Assembly: GCF_000143415.4 (NCBI RefSeq)
Contig: NW_003314317.1
Coordinates: forward strand, 1,235,823 to 1,299,822
Length of the DNA stretch: 64,000 nt
Reading direction: 5' to 3'
Source: Selaginella moellendorffii
Taxonomy: Eukaryota > Plantae > Lycopodiophyta
Shown in pieces: positions 10,234 to 23,122 of this stretch (within the stretch, counting starts at the first letter, position 1; every line of letters starts with the position of its first letter). The notes below the pieces were generated by a model that had not been told where the DNA came from, did not search any database, and saw only the letters and a program-made list of their open reading frames with translations. Both the position numbers and the translations under genes were made by a program.

Positions 10234-13200
10234 TGTTCCTTAGTCCGACTTTTATTGGTGCTCAAGTATATCACCACTAGTGTTGGCATCGGAAGGTCCG
10301 AGGAGTGGGCCTATCCTTGAGGAGTAGCAAGTCGGGAAGACATGGCTCTCCATTACAGTTCATGTGTGAACTTGTAGACGAGGTGGTGGATAGAAAAGGG
10401 CCAATAATGGAACGACTTTGGGATCTTGGGAACAGTATATGGTTTTCCTCAAAGAGTTGAGGATGTGATCCAGATGAGCGTTTGACTTAGCAAACTGGCT
10501 AATGTAGTTGTGGTAAACAACTACAGTTGGGATCACGGGAAAGATAAAGACTCCAAAGCAATAAAGGAGTCACAAGATTTTCCTCATATAGTTGAGGTTG
10601 GTGCTCATGAATGTGAGACCAGAAGTAATGACCGTGGGAGGTCAAATACGGAAGAGGACTCAAGTCCTTGAAAAGGTAGCCGGGGCTACCTCTAATAAAT
10701 GCTGGAACAACCCCAGGAGTTGGGGGTGTATTAAGTGGATGAGTTGGTGTTCTCATCACATGGACAAGTAGTCCTAAGGGGCAAAGGTTGCCCCCAGAGA
10801 ACAAAATCAAGTGTCGGAGTAACACTTGTGAAAATAGTCCTTTTGAGTAGGACAGGAATGCAAGAAGTGTATTCCAGTGAGCTAGTGCCTCACAAGTAGG
10901 ACCTTACGGGTCTGTGGATTAACTAAGTCCAAAACTGCTGGATGACTCAAGCAAAGTCAACGGATGGTCCTAAAAGGACTGATGGAAGCATTTGGACTGA
11001 GGTGTGTTGTACCCCACAAAGGATGGGGGGGGGATCATAGGATCCAAGGATGAGAACAAAGGGTATCTCATCGATGGCAAAATGTGCCATGCTAAAGTTA
11101 TGGGAAAGGTGTTCCCAGAAGAAAACAACTTTGACATAAAGTTGTGTGTGACCTCTATGGTGCAGTGCTAACGGATGGTTGGCATGAGAAAGAGCGGTGT
11201 TGGTCTTGGCAAAGACTTAGACACGAAGGGGAAATGTCATAGAGGTAGGCTCGTGGAGCCGATGGTGTGGAGACACCAAATGTGCCAAGGTGTGATACCT
11301 TGAGGCTATGTTGGTGGGTTCATGAGAACCCCTTGCCAAAGGAATCCCAATGGAAATGGGAATAGCATAGCCTAAGCTGCAGAGCATGCAGTTAGAGTGT
11401 GGTGACCCAGATAATGATGGAGGTGTGAAAGCACCAAGCAATGAGTTGTAGGACTTAACAACTATGAGGCAACTAAGCAAGAGGTGCAAAATAAGTGGTT
11501 AAACGGGTAGAAGGTAGTTACCCAAGACTTCTTAATAGCATAGGGAAGTTGGATATACCCTTACGGGGGATAAGTTGCTTGTGTTGCGATATAGTAAGTC
11601 AATGTCATAAAAGGAAATACTCATTGTCAAGAAAGCCATCGTTGGGACACCCGAACACTCTAGAACACCAAAGGGTGGTGTTTGATGTCGCGAGGGCAAT
11701 GGATAAAGCCCAAGGGACTAAGTCCCTAGCGAATGATGGATAGAAGGTGCTATCCAAATGTCCAAGGTTGCGGAGACAAGAGAGGACTGTCTACCCGAGT
11801 TGGACAAAGCCAAAAATGGAATTTTGGCAAGGCTAGTGATGGGCATGTAAAGGCCCATAAGCAACAATGTAATCCCAGTGTGTGGGATTATAAGGTGAGC
11901 ATACCCGGATTGAGGAACCATTCCCTAGGCTATTGGGTAGGTTCATCCCTAAGAATACTTGCTAAAGCATGATAGAAAGTGCAAAGCTATCCTCCTGGTC
12001 TGGAGGAGAATGACCAAAGGAAAGGTGTGAAGCCAAAAAGCAAGAAGTAAGGGGATAAAACCGAACCGTAGGAATCAAAGGGCATAACCAAGGTTAGTTA
12101 TGCCAGCTGGGAGTGGAGAATCAAGTGGGGGCTCGAGGGTGTTGCCGCTAGCAACCGTGATGCCATGGAGAGTCTAAAATATGGAATTGTCCATGTTAGA
12201 CTATGTGGCATTTGGAAGGCTTGCAAAAAGGGAGGCCTTAGCAAGCTGAGGGACAGAGTTCCTTCAAGGTTCCCAAAGACGATTCTAGGTAGCTTAGTAC
12301 CTAGAAAGGCCAAGTGTAAATGGTTCATGGAACGCGCGAAATCAGAGTGGCGCAGCAGAAGCGTGGTCTTGAAGCTTGCCATGAGGCAAGGCTATCAAAG
12401 TTAGGGAAGTAGTTCCCGAGTGTTCAAGGAGAGGGCTTTGAATGAAAGTCGATGGTCAAGGACTTTCACGCTTATGCAGGAACCATGTTACAGTGGTCGG
12501 AGGACTCGCCAAGCGAGATTGGCACGTCGGGGGAACAAATACCCTAGTTGAAGGTGATAACTTCAAAAAGGGTGGGCCATGGGGCCGAGCATGGAGGAGT
12601 CCATGCATGATCACAGACATGTCAAGTGAGAGGACTTGGCAGTGTGGAGGAACTAGGTTCCTAAACTGTGATCTGTAGCGCGCTTTAAAAATAAGTTGGT
12701 GCACCGGCGTGGGGAGTCACGCCAGGCATCTTGTGTGATGCCGTCCGTAGATGCATATACGAAGGTTGGGTTCGAGTCCCGACCCTCTAGTGCTTGGGTT
12801 CGAGTCCCAAATCACTAGGGCGTGGTGATGGTTTGGAATATGAGGACACTCATATTTCGGTGGTCATGGACTCTCAGTGGGGAGACTGGTTTGGGCCAAG
12901 TGTGGGGGATGCCCCCGGGGTTATAGTCAACAACTTGGAGGTCTAGAAGACCAAGTACCTCTTGGCAACTCTGTTAAGGTGCCAAGGTGAGATCACTAGG
13001 TGATCTTATGGCCAGATAAGGACAAGGTCCTTGGTTGGCTAAGGAATGAAGTTCCTGGTTCAAAATGTTGAAATTGAACTGTTTAAGGTGGTGTGGCTTG
13101 GTCGTGATGACCAAGTGGGAAGAGCACCTAAGGGAAATAAACTATGTCCGTGCGATGGCATAGTGAGTCCGAGGAAAGTAGTCTTTATAAAAGACCCATG

Positions 13201-13945
13201 GGAGGGTCACGAAGTTGGGCCGTGGATAGAGCCCATAGCAGAAGATGCTAAAGAGACGTACTAGGGGTGAACATCCTCCGGACTTGGCAAAGAAGAGTCT
13301 TTGCTATGGAACCGAAACAATACCTCAAGGAGGGAGGTAGAGATTCGATGTTGCTTGGTGGAACAATCAACGGATAGGAGCAAAAGATGAGTGGCCAAGA
13401 TAGGGCCGTGGAATCCCTTGGAAGGAATCCAAGTGACAAAGTTAGGCGAGGAACACTAATGTGTTGGACGCTAACAAGTTGCGGGAAAGGAAGTGTGTTT
13501 CCAAGGAGGGATTCCGAAATGCTCCGATTTGGCGAAAGTGGAAGCTCCAAGGGAGGGAGCGGTAAGGTAGCCAAATGATAGGGCCATGAACAGCCCTAGC
13601 ACAAAGTATGATAACTGGAACTTTGGCACGAAATAGAAGAGAGGATGATGGTGCCCTCGAGTAGAGAACTTCCTAGGATGGGAAGTGGAGTTGCACAAAA
13701 GGTGCAAGGCAAGGTGTCGGAGACACCTAGGAAATTGACTCCAAGAAGTCAAAATTCAAAGTTCCAAAGTCCAAAGGTTATATCGATGGAAATTGAGACT
13801 ACTCGAGAAAGAGTAATGGGATTGACTTAGAGAAGGGTCTCTAAGAGGTTTAGCGAGAACTAAACCAATAAAAGGAGAGAACCACTATATGTGGTCCAAT
13901 CAGTCTCTAAGTTGGAGAGACTACCCTCCTTAGAGGATATGCAAA

Positions 13946-14069
13946 AGGCATGGTGAGCCTTCAATGTCCAACCATTGGCGAATATGGAGAAGGCATGGTG
14001 AGCCTTCAATGTCCAACCATTGACGAATACGGAGAAGGCATGGTGAGCCTTCAATGTCACACCATTGAT
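13946..14069. repeat. 45-bp tandem repeat, ~2.7 copies, near the PPT of B
   Basis: aggcatggtgagccttcaatgtc(c)a(a)ccattg starts at 13946, 13991 and 14036. Confidence 0.9.
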
Positions 14070-14412
14070 AAATATTGGCTACGCGCCAAGGATGGAAATG
14101 GTAACACATGCGGGTGTTACTTTATAAAATGGTTCACCGTTCGATGAGGACATCGAACTTCTTCTATGGGTGGTGGAGTTGTGAGACACAAAATCCCTAG
14201 GCCCCAAAGTGGAGCCGGAAGGGCGCCACATGGTAGTGGCCGAAGCGAGAGCCAAACGAGCGTAACACGTTTGGACCCAAAGCTCCGACTTGAAAAGTCA
14301 AGAGCGGGAGTGGAACTCTCAACGAAGTGCTCAAGGAACGAGCACGAAGCGAGCAAAAGGCGAGGCTCCAAAAAGGGACCCAAAAGGGCCAACACATAAC
14401 ACGTGGGAGTGT

Positions 14413-14725
14413 CCGAGATGGACTAGAGTTGGAGTCCGAAGTGGAGTCCGAGATGGACCCGAGTTGGAGTCCGAAGTGGAGTCCGAGATGGACCCGAGTT
14501 GGAGTCCGAAGTGGAGTCCGAGATGGACCCGAGATGGAGTCCGAGATGGAGTCCGAGATGGAGTCCGAGGTGGACCCGAGATGGACCCGAAATGGAGTCC
14601 GAGATGGAGTCCGAGATGGACCCGAGATGGAGTCCGAGATGGAGTCCGAGATGGACCCGAGATGGACCCGAGATGGAGTCCGAGATGGAGTCCGAGATGG
14701 AGTCCGAAGTCAAGACCGAGACCGG

Positions 14726-14757
<32 letters not shown>

Positions 14758-14867
14758 TCGGGACCGAGACCGAGACCGAGGCCGAGGCCGAGACCGAGCC
14801 CGAGCCCGAGCCCGAGTCCGAGTCCGAGTCCGAGTCCGAGTCCGAGTCCGAGTCCGAGTCCGAGTCC
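14413..14867. repeat. Hierarchical CG-rich tandem array inside the B 3' LTR
   Basis: Same organisation as 8756-9210 with different hexamer copy numbers. Confidence 0.95.
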
Positions 14868-16284
14868 GGAGCCTGAGAGGGTGAAAGCCCAAAGCGTTCG
14901 TCTCCCAGACCCTGGGGGGTTTGGTGAGCTCCAAAAGTATAGTGGGGGGAGGACTGCAGTGGAGCCAGTTTGGCCAGGAAAGGCCAGTTTGGCCCAGGAA
15001 GGCCGGACCCAGTGTTGGGTGATGAGCTGCCCACTGGGAAGTCCAAGATTAGAGTGAACACAGACCGACAAGCGGGGTAGCTTGGTGAAGTGTTCAAGAG
15101 CCGGCTCTAGTTCCCCCGGGAGATCGACTGGCCGATGGTCCCAGTCCAAGTGTGGGTGGCACTACCTACTTGGATACCTGGTGTGGCTCAACGGAACCCG
15201 CTCTAAGCCCATGGCTAGAGCACCCAAGGGCAGAAGGCGAGGAGAGTACCCAGGTGGCTCGCGTAAGGCCACGGTGTTCCGAAATGTTGTCCCAAAGGCC
15301 CAGACTGTGGAAAGGAAGAGGAGCAGTCCTTTGGGGTAGTGACCAAGGACACAGTCGTGTGGTGAGGAAGTCCCAGAGGACCGTGGGACTTAGTGGTCGG
15401 GCCTATGGGTCTCGATCCAGTGGCAGTGTTGGCAAACACGGCCAAGGGCAGAAAGGGACTTAGTGGGGACTGACAGAGGGATATTGGGGAAGGCTATTCC
15501 CCTTGTCGGTGGGCATCCTAAGGATGCTAAGGAGTGGATCTGAGATGACCACTCACGGATGGTTTGCCTAGTCTTGGAGAGCCAAGATGGTGATGCAAGT
15601 GGTATTGGACTACCAGTGTGGCAAAGGTGATTGGGCATGGCCTTAGCGTAACGGGCTGCTATGTCGGTGGTACCTTTGAGTGTCGGTCATGGGATTGGAC
15701 ACGTGGAGCACTTGGACCAAGTGCAAATGTTGAGTGGCATGGATGCCATTCTCGGGGCTAGCAAGTCCCAAGTCCTGGATTGGACTTATGGAGGTTGTGA
15801 ATGAGACTCCTCTAAGTGGTCAGAGGTGTGGTTAAGTGACTAAAGTAGAATGGAAAATTTAGTCGCTTACACTAAGCCCAAGTTCCATTCCATGCTAGTT
15901 GGTGGAGTACCCATGTCCTCGCGTTAGGCCACCGGTATGCCGAAATAGCGCCAAACTCCATTTGGCTTCGTTTTGCATGCTGGTCCTGGCATTGGGATGC
16001 TGGTTGCTCCAAGACTGTTCCAAGTCGCTCCAGGCTCCTGTCCCTTCGCTCTTTGGGCTTTATGCTCAGAAGTTGCTCCGTGGTTCGGTTCCATCACTCC
16101 TTGGCTCCATGCTTGGGAGTTTGGCACCGTTCTTTCGTTCAATGGCCCAAGGCCCTAAACCTCGGGTTCCTATGGACACGTGGCATCTGTCACATGGCAC
16201 AAAGAGGGTTTAGGTTCCGCTTCGTGGTGTTATCCTATGGTAAATCACCATAGGATAAAGGGTCAAAACCACGTGCGCTACATT

Positions 16285-16296
16285 TGGTATCAAAGG
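16285..16296 (+). promoter_or_regulatory. Primer-binding site of element A (degenerate tRNA-iMet type)
   Basis: TGGTATCAAAGG 2 nt after the LTR end cgctaca (16282). Confidence 0.75.
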
Positions 16297-19200
16297 ATGA
16301 GTATCAGTGAGTACTATTCAATGAGATTGGGCAACTAGTCTCGTTGCATACGCAGAGATGAAAACGATGATCCGAGTGGGTACACGTTTGGTGCAAAGGG
16401 TTTGCAATTGTTCCTTGGGTATGGATTTGGTTACCTTGTTGTACCTTATGATCTAAGCTTGCTCTTGGGCTCATAGGATGGATTTGAGATGCTTCGTTAG
16501 CACGAGCTTGCGCTTAGGCTCGTGAGTGAGGCACATTAGCAACTCAAGTGTATACTTTGAGTTGGCAGGATTAATGTTAGCCTATCGGTCATTCCATGGG
16601 TTGTTCCAATGGTTCCATGAGTTGTTCCATGTACCATGGGTAAAAGCAAACCTCCCCTGAGTTTGCTATGAGTGGCAAATAGGCTGGTCCATAGCTGTTT
16701 AGCACGGCACTAGTGGGTCCTTCCTAGGCATGAATACAAGTGGTAGTCTATTGATTCAAGTGTTCATTGCTGTGCTCTCTCATAAACTTTTCTTGGATTG
16801 GACTGAAGGCAGTGCGAAAGCAAGCTTGAGGTTTAGTCAAAGATGAGACCAAAAAGAGAGTCATCGGGGACGAAGGATCAAACACGTAAATCATTTTCTC
16901 GTCTTGAAGAAATGATTCGCAACGAGGTGTTGACTCATTGCTCGTGTTCACATTATGCAATTAAGAATCCCTGTTGGAAATGATGGTCTTACAAATGGTG
17001 AGTTGTGGGATGGATAGCGGTGAAGCGTTATACCATTTTGTCTAGGCTTGCTATTGGAAGACTTGGGTTGCAATGCTCAATTCTTTTTCGAGGAACCTTG
17101 CTATTGCTCCTTGAGTAGCTTGGTGTTGGTTTAGTTTTGAGTTTGGTCAAAAAGAAAGTGGCATGAACTTATCCATGTTGTGAACAAAAGTTAGTGGTGT
17201 CGGGTGTTGTAAGTCTCTATCGGTGGAGTGTGGCATTTATGTTGCATTTTGTCGAATCGAGTTGGCACTTGATAGTCACATAAACCTTTGAAGTAATGAC
17301 ATTGGCATTGCTCGTGATGTTGCTTAATTGATGATCAAGTCATTGTGATACTTATATCATATCTATATGATAGTGAGCAATGTGTTTACGACGTTGTTTG
17401 GTTAAATGATGATTAACCCCAAAGTGGTTGATAGTGAAGCTAGTCTACTTGCACGAAATAGCATTGTAGTAGCTTTGACTGGATTCTCATTGGTGGTCCA
17501 TTATGCTAAGCTTAAGTTGGTTCCTTGTTTCCTTGAGGGTTTGCCCATAAGGTGTTGGAAAAGGGTTGTAGCATTCACTTGCTATAGCTCATTAGTTGAT
17601 CCGTTAACACTTGGAGTAGATTGTTGGATAGAGAAGGTGTGAGGTTGAGGCATTGACATTACTAACACTTATGTTAGTGGAAGTGGCATTGTTATTTTAA
17701 GTGATGAGGAAGTTTCCTTAAAGCTTGATTTTCCATGTCATTTTTCTTGTTAGTGTTTTAGCTTCATATTAGATCTTGAAGGTGGTTGAAGAAGAGTGTT
17801 AGTGCAATGTGGATATCCGAAGATGTTGTCTTCGTGATCAAGCCTTGGATGTTCCATTTGCATTTTACGGATGTCGGTGTTGGATGTCGAAAGAATGGGC
17901 AAAAAGATGTTCGAGGCTTAAGCATATTATGGGTCATGAGAATTTATGTTGAGGTGAACCTATGTGAAGTTGTAAGTAGGAGGAAGTTGGTTGAGTCTTG
18001 AAAGTTTGCATTTCTAGACTGAGAGTCATTCTTTCTCTAGGATGAAAAATTTTCTACAAATTTTCTTAGACTTATCCAATGGCTGATCTGTTGATCACTT
18101 TGCTCGAAAACCATTCCGTTTTCGTAAGCCAGTACAAACTAGTGAAAGGGTTGGAATTGACTTCGGTTGGCTTAGACCTTAGTAGGTAGTTTGTATAATG
18201 TAGCCCGAAAGGGATGCTAACTTTTGGGGCTAAAGCAATTGAGTTGGATAAAGTCTAGAGTTAGTGTAGAAAAGTGGCCGTTGCACTTTTCTAGAAAGGT
18301 GACCCGTGTGCCTTTCTTTTGTAGCATTATGCTTGGTGGCAGGTTGCACTTTGCATTTCCTTAGACTCTATGAGAGTAGTGAGCTCTCACTGATCTTGAC
18401 TTGGTCTTGGTGGCCCTGCGCCTTGGCTGAGGATGGTGATATCCAACTTAGTTGTTTAAGGTTAAGATGTTGGTACCCGTACTATAGCTTTGTTTATGAG
18501 GAGGTTGTGTACCGATATGGATCCATCTCATGGTCTTCACTTTAGTTTCGACTAAGTGTTGATCATGCATAGCTAGCCTCTTCAAGGCATGCTCAGAGCT
18601 ATTGACTAAACGTGTTAGTGAGTTTATCGCAGTTGAGTTGGATTTGAGTGGTCATTTAGTTTGTGCTTGTCCATGAACCTTTATCTCATATCTAGGGTAT
18701 TACGTTAATGTTGGACAAGTGTGTAACTCAATGGCATGAGTTAGTGTTTGGGTCTTGTGAAAGGCAAGACAAGTGATTGTTGGTTGCTTTGCAACTAGTG
18801 ATTGCTTGTAGACTTTGTCAAGGGCTTTTGACATTTGCTTCACTCGATAATGATTTAGCAGTGATGGGCTTGCTTTACCGGATGGGGTTGTGGAAGATCG
18901 TGTCGTTAGACTTATATGGGTTTTCCATGTTGGCATGTCGACTCTACCTCTATTGATATCATTTGGTTGCGTTTAGTTCATAGTGTTAGATTTCATTAAG
19001 TCTTGGACGTGGTGATTCACTCCTTGAGGAAGTGTTATCTATAACTGAGTTTTGCTAAAGGATTGGTCTCAGATACTAATTATAGTATCTTCGACTTTGG
19101 TTAGCTTAGTTGCTAAAGAGTTTTGGGTGGTGATTCACTCTTGCTTTATTCTAGCTTTGTTATGGTGTTGATGGCATTGAAGTGATTCCTTGTCATTGAT

Positions 19201-22200
19201 ATTATTGATGTTGGGATTCAAGTGAGATGAGATGTCTATCCTTAGGATTGATATTGAGTTTCATTAGTTTCAATAGAGATAGTGTTGATGATTTGGTTGT
19301 AGCTTTGTGTTATTAGCATTCGTGCATTTGCTAGTTAGCAACTGTATTGATGTTCAAATGAACTGAGTGGCAAGTTTGAGTTAGTTGTGTTCTAAACGAG
19401 ATTGTTTAGTAGAAGTTGAGCTTTGACTTTTCCTTGAAAAGTGATTTCAGTCATGGACTATGGTAACTTTACGAGAGGAAGAGTTAGTGATCGATATTGA
19501 AGTGTTTGAATCCTTCTTGGATTTGAGTTAAAATATATTGATCATTGATGGTTCTTCTTGTGCTTGTTATGAAGTGAGTTACGTCTTGTTAGATGAATTC
19601 ATGGAGGATCGGTTAGTGATCACTAGTCGAGCATAACTTCGTTATGCTTAGCTTTTGGATTGATGCAGACATGCTCTTCATTAGCTTTGGCATTATGAAG
19701 TTTGGCTTATGGATGTGTTGATGAAGACATTGTGGGTTGCATCATGATTTTTTCTTTAGCATTGAAGTTAGCTTCTATGAGACTTATGATTATTATTACG
19801 CAAGACTTAGCTATAGGCTTCTTCGAGCTTTTGGTTCCTTGAGTTTTGTGCTTATTATTCCATTTGTTAGAAGTTATTGGGGAAGGCATTTTGGCTCCTA
19901 GCTTCGATGTTAAAGTTAGTATTTGCATTTAGCAATTATTGGTAATGATTGACTATCATCTAGGATAATTGATTATCCTTGTCGAAGGTTTTGTTTGATT
20001 ATCGTTGATCTAGAATGATTTGCTATTCTTCGGGATGGTAGATTCCTTCTTTGACAATGATTATGCATCACTGCATTGATGGGATGATTGATGATCTTTC
20101 ATGATAGTTAGTTGTTTTCTTTGATGGCTTTTGGCTTTTCGCCATACCATATGTTCTTTGTGGTTTGCTCTAGATTGGTCTCTTGGGTTTGAGACATCGG
20201 TAGGATGTTGCTGACACTTGCTTAGGCAACTTAAGTTCCTTGGTATTGTTGGTTGGGATCTATTTAGATTGGCTTTTGTGATAGTTGGCAGGAATGAGTG
20301 TTTGTTGGTCTTACCGCATTCATTCTCTTCTGTTGATTGTTGCTCGAGTTAGTTTTGATAGATTTAGATGTTATTTCCTTTGAGTGATACATTCGCGAGC
20401 ATTTTGCTTGTCAGTCAATGATACTTTGTGTTCTTTGAGTTATTTTTCGTAAGTTGTTTGGCATTCTGTCTGCAATATTTAATAGTTAAACTTTTTCATT
20501 GAGTTTACTTGATGATATACTTGCAATTGAATTTTGTTTGATGGTGAATCCTATGTTTACCAATTATGATGATCTTGGTGGTTCTTGCACTATTGTACTG
20601 GTTTATTGGATGATAACTTGCTTAGAATACTTTTGACTCTAAGATATAATCACTGATAATTAAGCTTCTAAGATATCATTGTCTCTGACTTTGATGTTGT
20701 CCATCTATTGATCTTTGAGTTTGGGCTAGTAATGGGCAGACTGGCTTCGGCACTTCGTGTGCATGGGGAAATCTCTAGTCATGGGGTAGCTACTGTCGAC
20801 TGGTCATATCACCCACCTTTCTGTCGATGTTCCTTATTCCGTTAAAAGAGCGTGACCGTGTAAACAACTCTAACTGCCTGTTTACAGTAGTTTATCTAAA
20901 CCTTACCGACGGGTTTGGTTTCTTTGCTTAGGAGGGTTGGGGCCTTTGGTTTCTCTTTCTATGTTCCTGCGGGCAGGGGTGTATCACACTTTTGTAAGCT
21001 GGGTGACTCCCAGAGTAGCAAGGGTGGCTGACTCCGTTGGTCATTTCCTTGTCGGCGACGGCCGGAAGGTGTCTGAGCTGGTAGCGCATCCGCGTTAGAC
21101 AAAGAGGTTGCCTCCTAACTCATTTAAATTGGTGCATTTCTCACATAGTGTGAGTACCGTGAACTTTTTCTGGAGTTGTTTCTTTGGCAGTATTCTAGAC
21201 TCGAGTATGCATCAACGAGGACGTCGATCTTCCCTAGGGGGGGAGAGTGTCGCGAATGTGACTTCGGGTATCGAAAGTTACCTGTTGACTAGTCCTTACG
21301 GACACTGTTACCTTACTGCCACGATGGCAGGAGCTCAGTATTGCTGGGCTCGTTATCAGTCTCCACCTAAGCTAGTTGAGAAACTGGTCTTCACGTGTGC
21401 ACTTGACCAGATGGGCATAAGGACGGAATTCCTACGTGCTATTTGTCAAGCATACTTGACCTGGTTAGAGAAACTCATTCGTTGGCTTGCACTTGCTAGT
21501 GTTGGGAACCCCCGCGATATTGAGATTGGTCCCTCAATATCACTAGATGATAGCTTACCGTGTCTGCCAAACACCCTCGCTATCATGCCCTTTGTGTTGG
21601 TCTCATTTCAGTCCCAAATGCTATTTATGGAAAGTGTCCAGATTTGTTCATTTGGCATATCTACGGAATGTAGAGATCGTCCTGAACACAATGGTGTTCG
21701 TCCCATGTCCAAATTCGCAATCTAAGGATATTCCATATTTAGTAAGTTTCGAATTTGTCCCAGAGACTAACTCTTAATACTAAGGGAGGCTTGGGGTGAA
21801 AGCCCAAAGCGTGTGTTCCTCAAGGGGGGGGGGGGGGGGGGGGGCTATGGGGGGTTCCAAATGTATAGTAAAGATAGTAGGTAGGTCGGGCATGGCCGAC
21901 CAACCTGAGGCATAGTCTAGCTCTTGCTTGCATGCCTGTCCTTGTTCTGCGTCCAGTTTGGGTCTAAGCCCAAGTTCCATTCCATGCTAGTTGGTGGAGT
22001 ACCCATGTCCTCGCGTTAGGCCACCGATATGCCGAAATAGTGCCAAACTCCATTTGGCTCCGTTTTGCATGCTGGTCCTGGCATTGGGATGCTAGTTGCT
22101 CTAGGACTGTTCCAAGTCGCTCCGGGCTCCTGTCCCTTCGCTCCTTGGGCTTTATGCTCAGGAGTTGCTCTGTGGTTCGGTTCCATCACTCCTTGGCTCC

Positions 22201-23122
22201 ATGCTTGGGAGTTTGGCACCGTTCTTTCGTTCAGTGGTCCAAGGCCCTGAACCTCGGGTTCCTATGGACACGTGGCATGGACACGTGGCATCTGTCACGT
22301 GGCACAAAGAAGGTTTAGGTTCCGCTTTGTGGTGTTATCCTATGGTAAATCACCATAGGATAAAGGGTTAAAACCACGTGCGCTACAATCAACCACCACA
22401 TAGGTATACATTTCTTTAATCACATTGGCCTTTCCTAGCCAAACTAGTTCCACTAGAGTCCTCCCTCTACTATCTTTTTGGAGTTCACCAAACCCCCCAA
22501 GGTCTGGGAGATGATTGCTTTGGTCTTTCACCCTCAGACTTAGACTTGGACTCAAACTTGGACTTGATCTTAATCTTGGTCCCAATCCCGGTCTCGGTTT
22601 CGGTCTTGGTCTTGGTCTCGAACTCTTTCTCGGACTTCATCTCAAACTCTATCTCAGATTCTTGCTTGGACTCTATCTCTGACTCCTTATCGGATTCCAT
22701 TTTGGACTCCTTCTTGGACTCTATTTAGAACTCCTTCTTAGACTCTGTCTTGGACTTCATATTGGATTCTTGCTTGCACTCCATCTTAGACTCCATTTTG
22801 GATTTTTATTTGAACTCCATCTCGAACTCCTTCTCAAATTCCATCGCTGACCTCTTCTTCGAACTCCATATCAGACTCAATCCTAATACTTCCATATATT
22901 ACGACACTTGCTATGTGTGCCACTTTCTAAAGATTCATTCACTGATTGCTTTGTACTCATTCCATAAGCACTTTATTTGGAATTTCACTCCCACTCTTGA
23001 CTTTCTGAGTTAGAGCTTTTGGTCTAAATATATTACGCTCGTTGGACTTTTACTTTGGCACTGCCATATAGCACATCTTCAGCTCCACTTTTGGGCTTAG
23101 GGATTTGTGTTTCACAACTTAT

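Larger units (their letters stand above)
8523..15871 (+). mobile_element. LTR retrotransposon B (young, near-identical ~1.7-kb LTRs, degenerate ~4-kb interior) nested in the 5' LTR of A
   Basis: LTRs 8523-10218 and 14180-15871 (TGTGAGAC...CGCTTACA). TSD CTAAG at 8518-8522 and 15872-15876; the empty site gggtctaagcccaag is present in the 3' LTR of A. PBS TGGTATCGGAGC at 10222-10233; PPT GGGTGGTGGAG before 14180. Confidence 0.95.
7795..22387 (+). mobile_element. LTR retrotransposon A (Ty3/gypsy-like ends, non-coding internal region)
   Basis: 5' LTR 7795-16282 (interrupted by element B) and 3' LTR 21248-22387, TG...CA. TSD ATCAA at 7790-7794 and 22388-22392. PBS TGGTATCAAAG after 16282; purine tract AGGGGGGGAGAG before 21248. 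No long ORF in 16283-21247. Confidence 0.93.
7021..23116 (-). mobile_element. Old degenerate family-B LTR (minus strand), split into ~7021-7794 and 22388-23116 by later insertions
   Basis: Both pieces are collinear with the reverse complement of the B LTR (8523-10218) and with the copy at 23190-24817. It ends in gggatttgtgtttcaca at 23116, matching the reverse complement of the LTR start tgtgagacacaaaatccc. The left boundary is approximate. Confidence 0.75.

Noticed and set aside
12768-12808. tRNA gene
   Set aside because: Only T-arm/B-box motifs are present; no acceptor stem, D-arm or anticodon arm could be built.
21108-21725. 205-aa ORF as a retroelement protein
   Set aside because: It spans the PPT/LTR junction, is broken in the 5' LTR copy (stop at 8030-8032) and has no recognisable domain.
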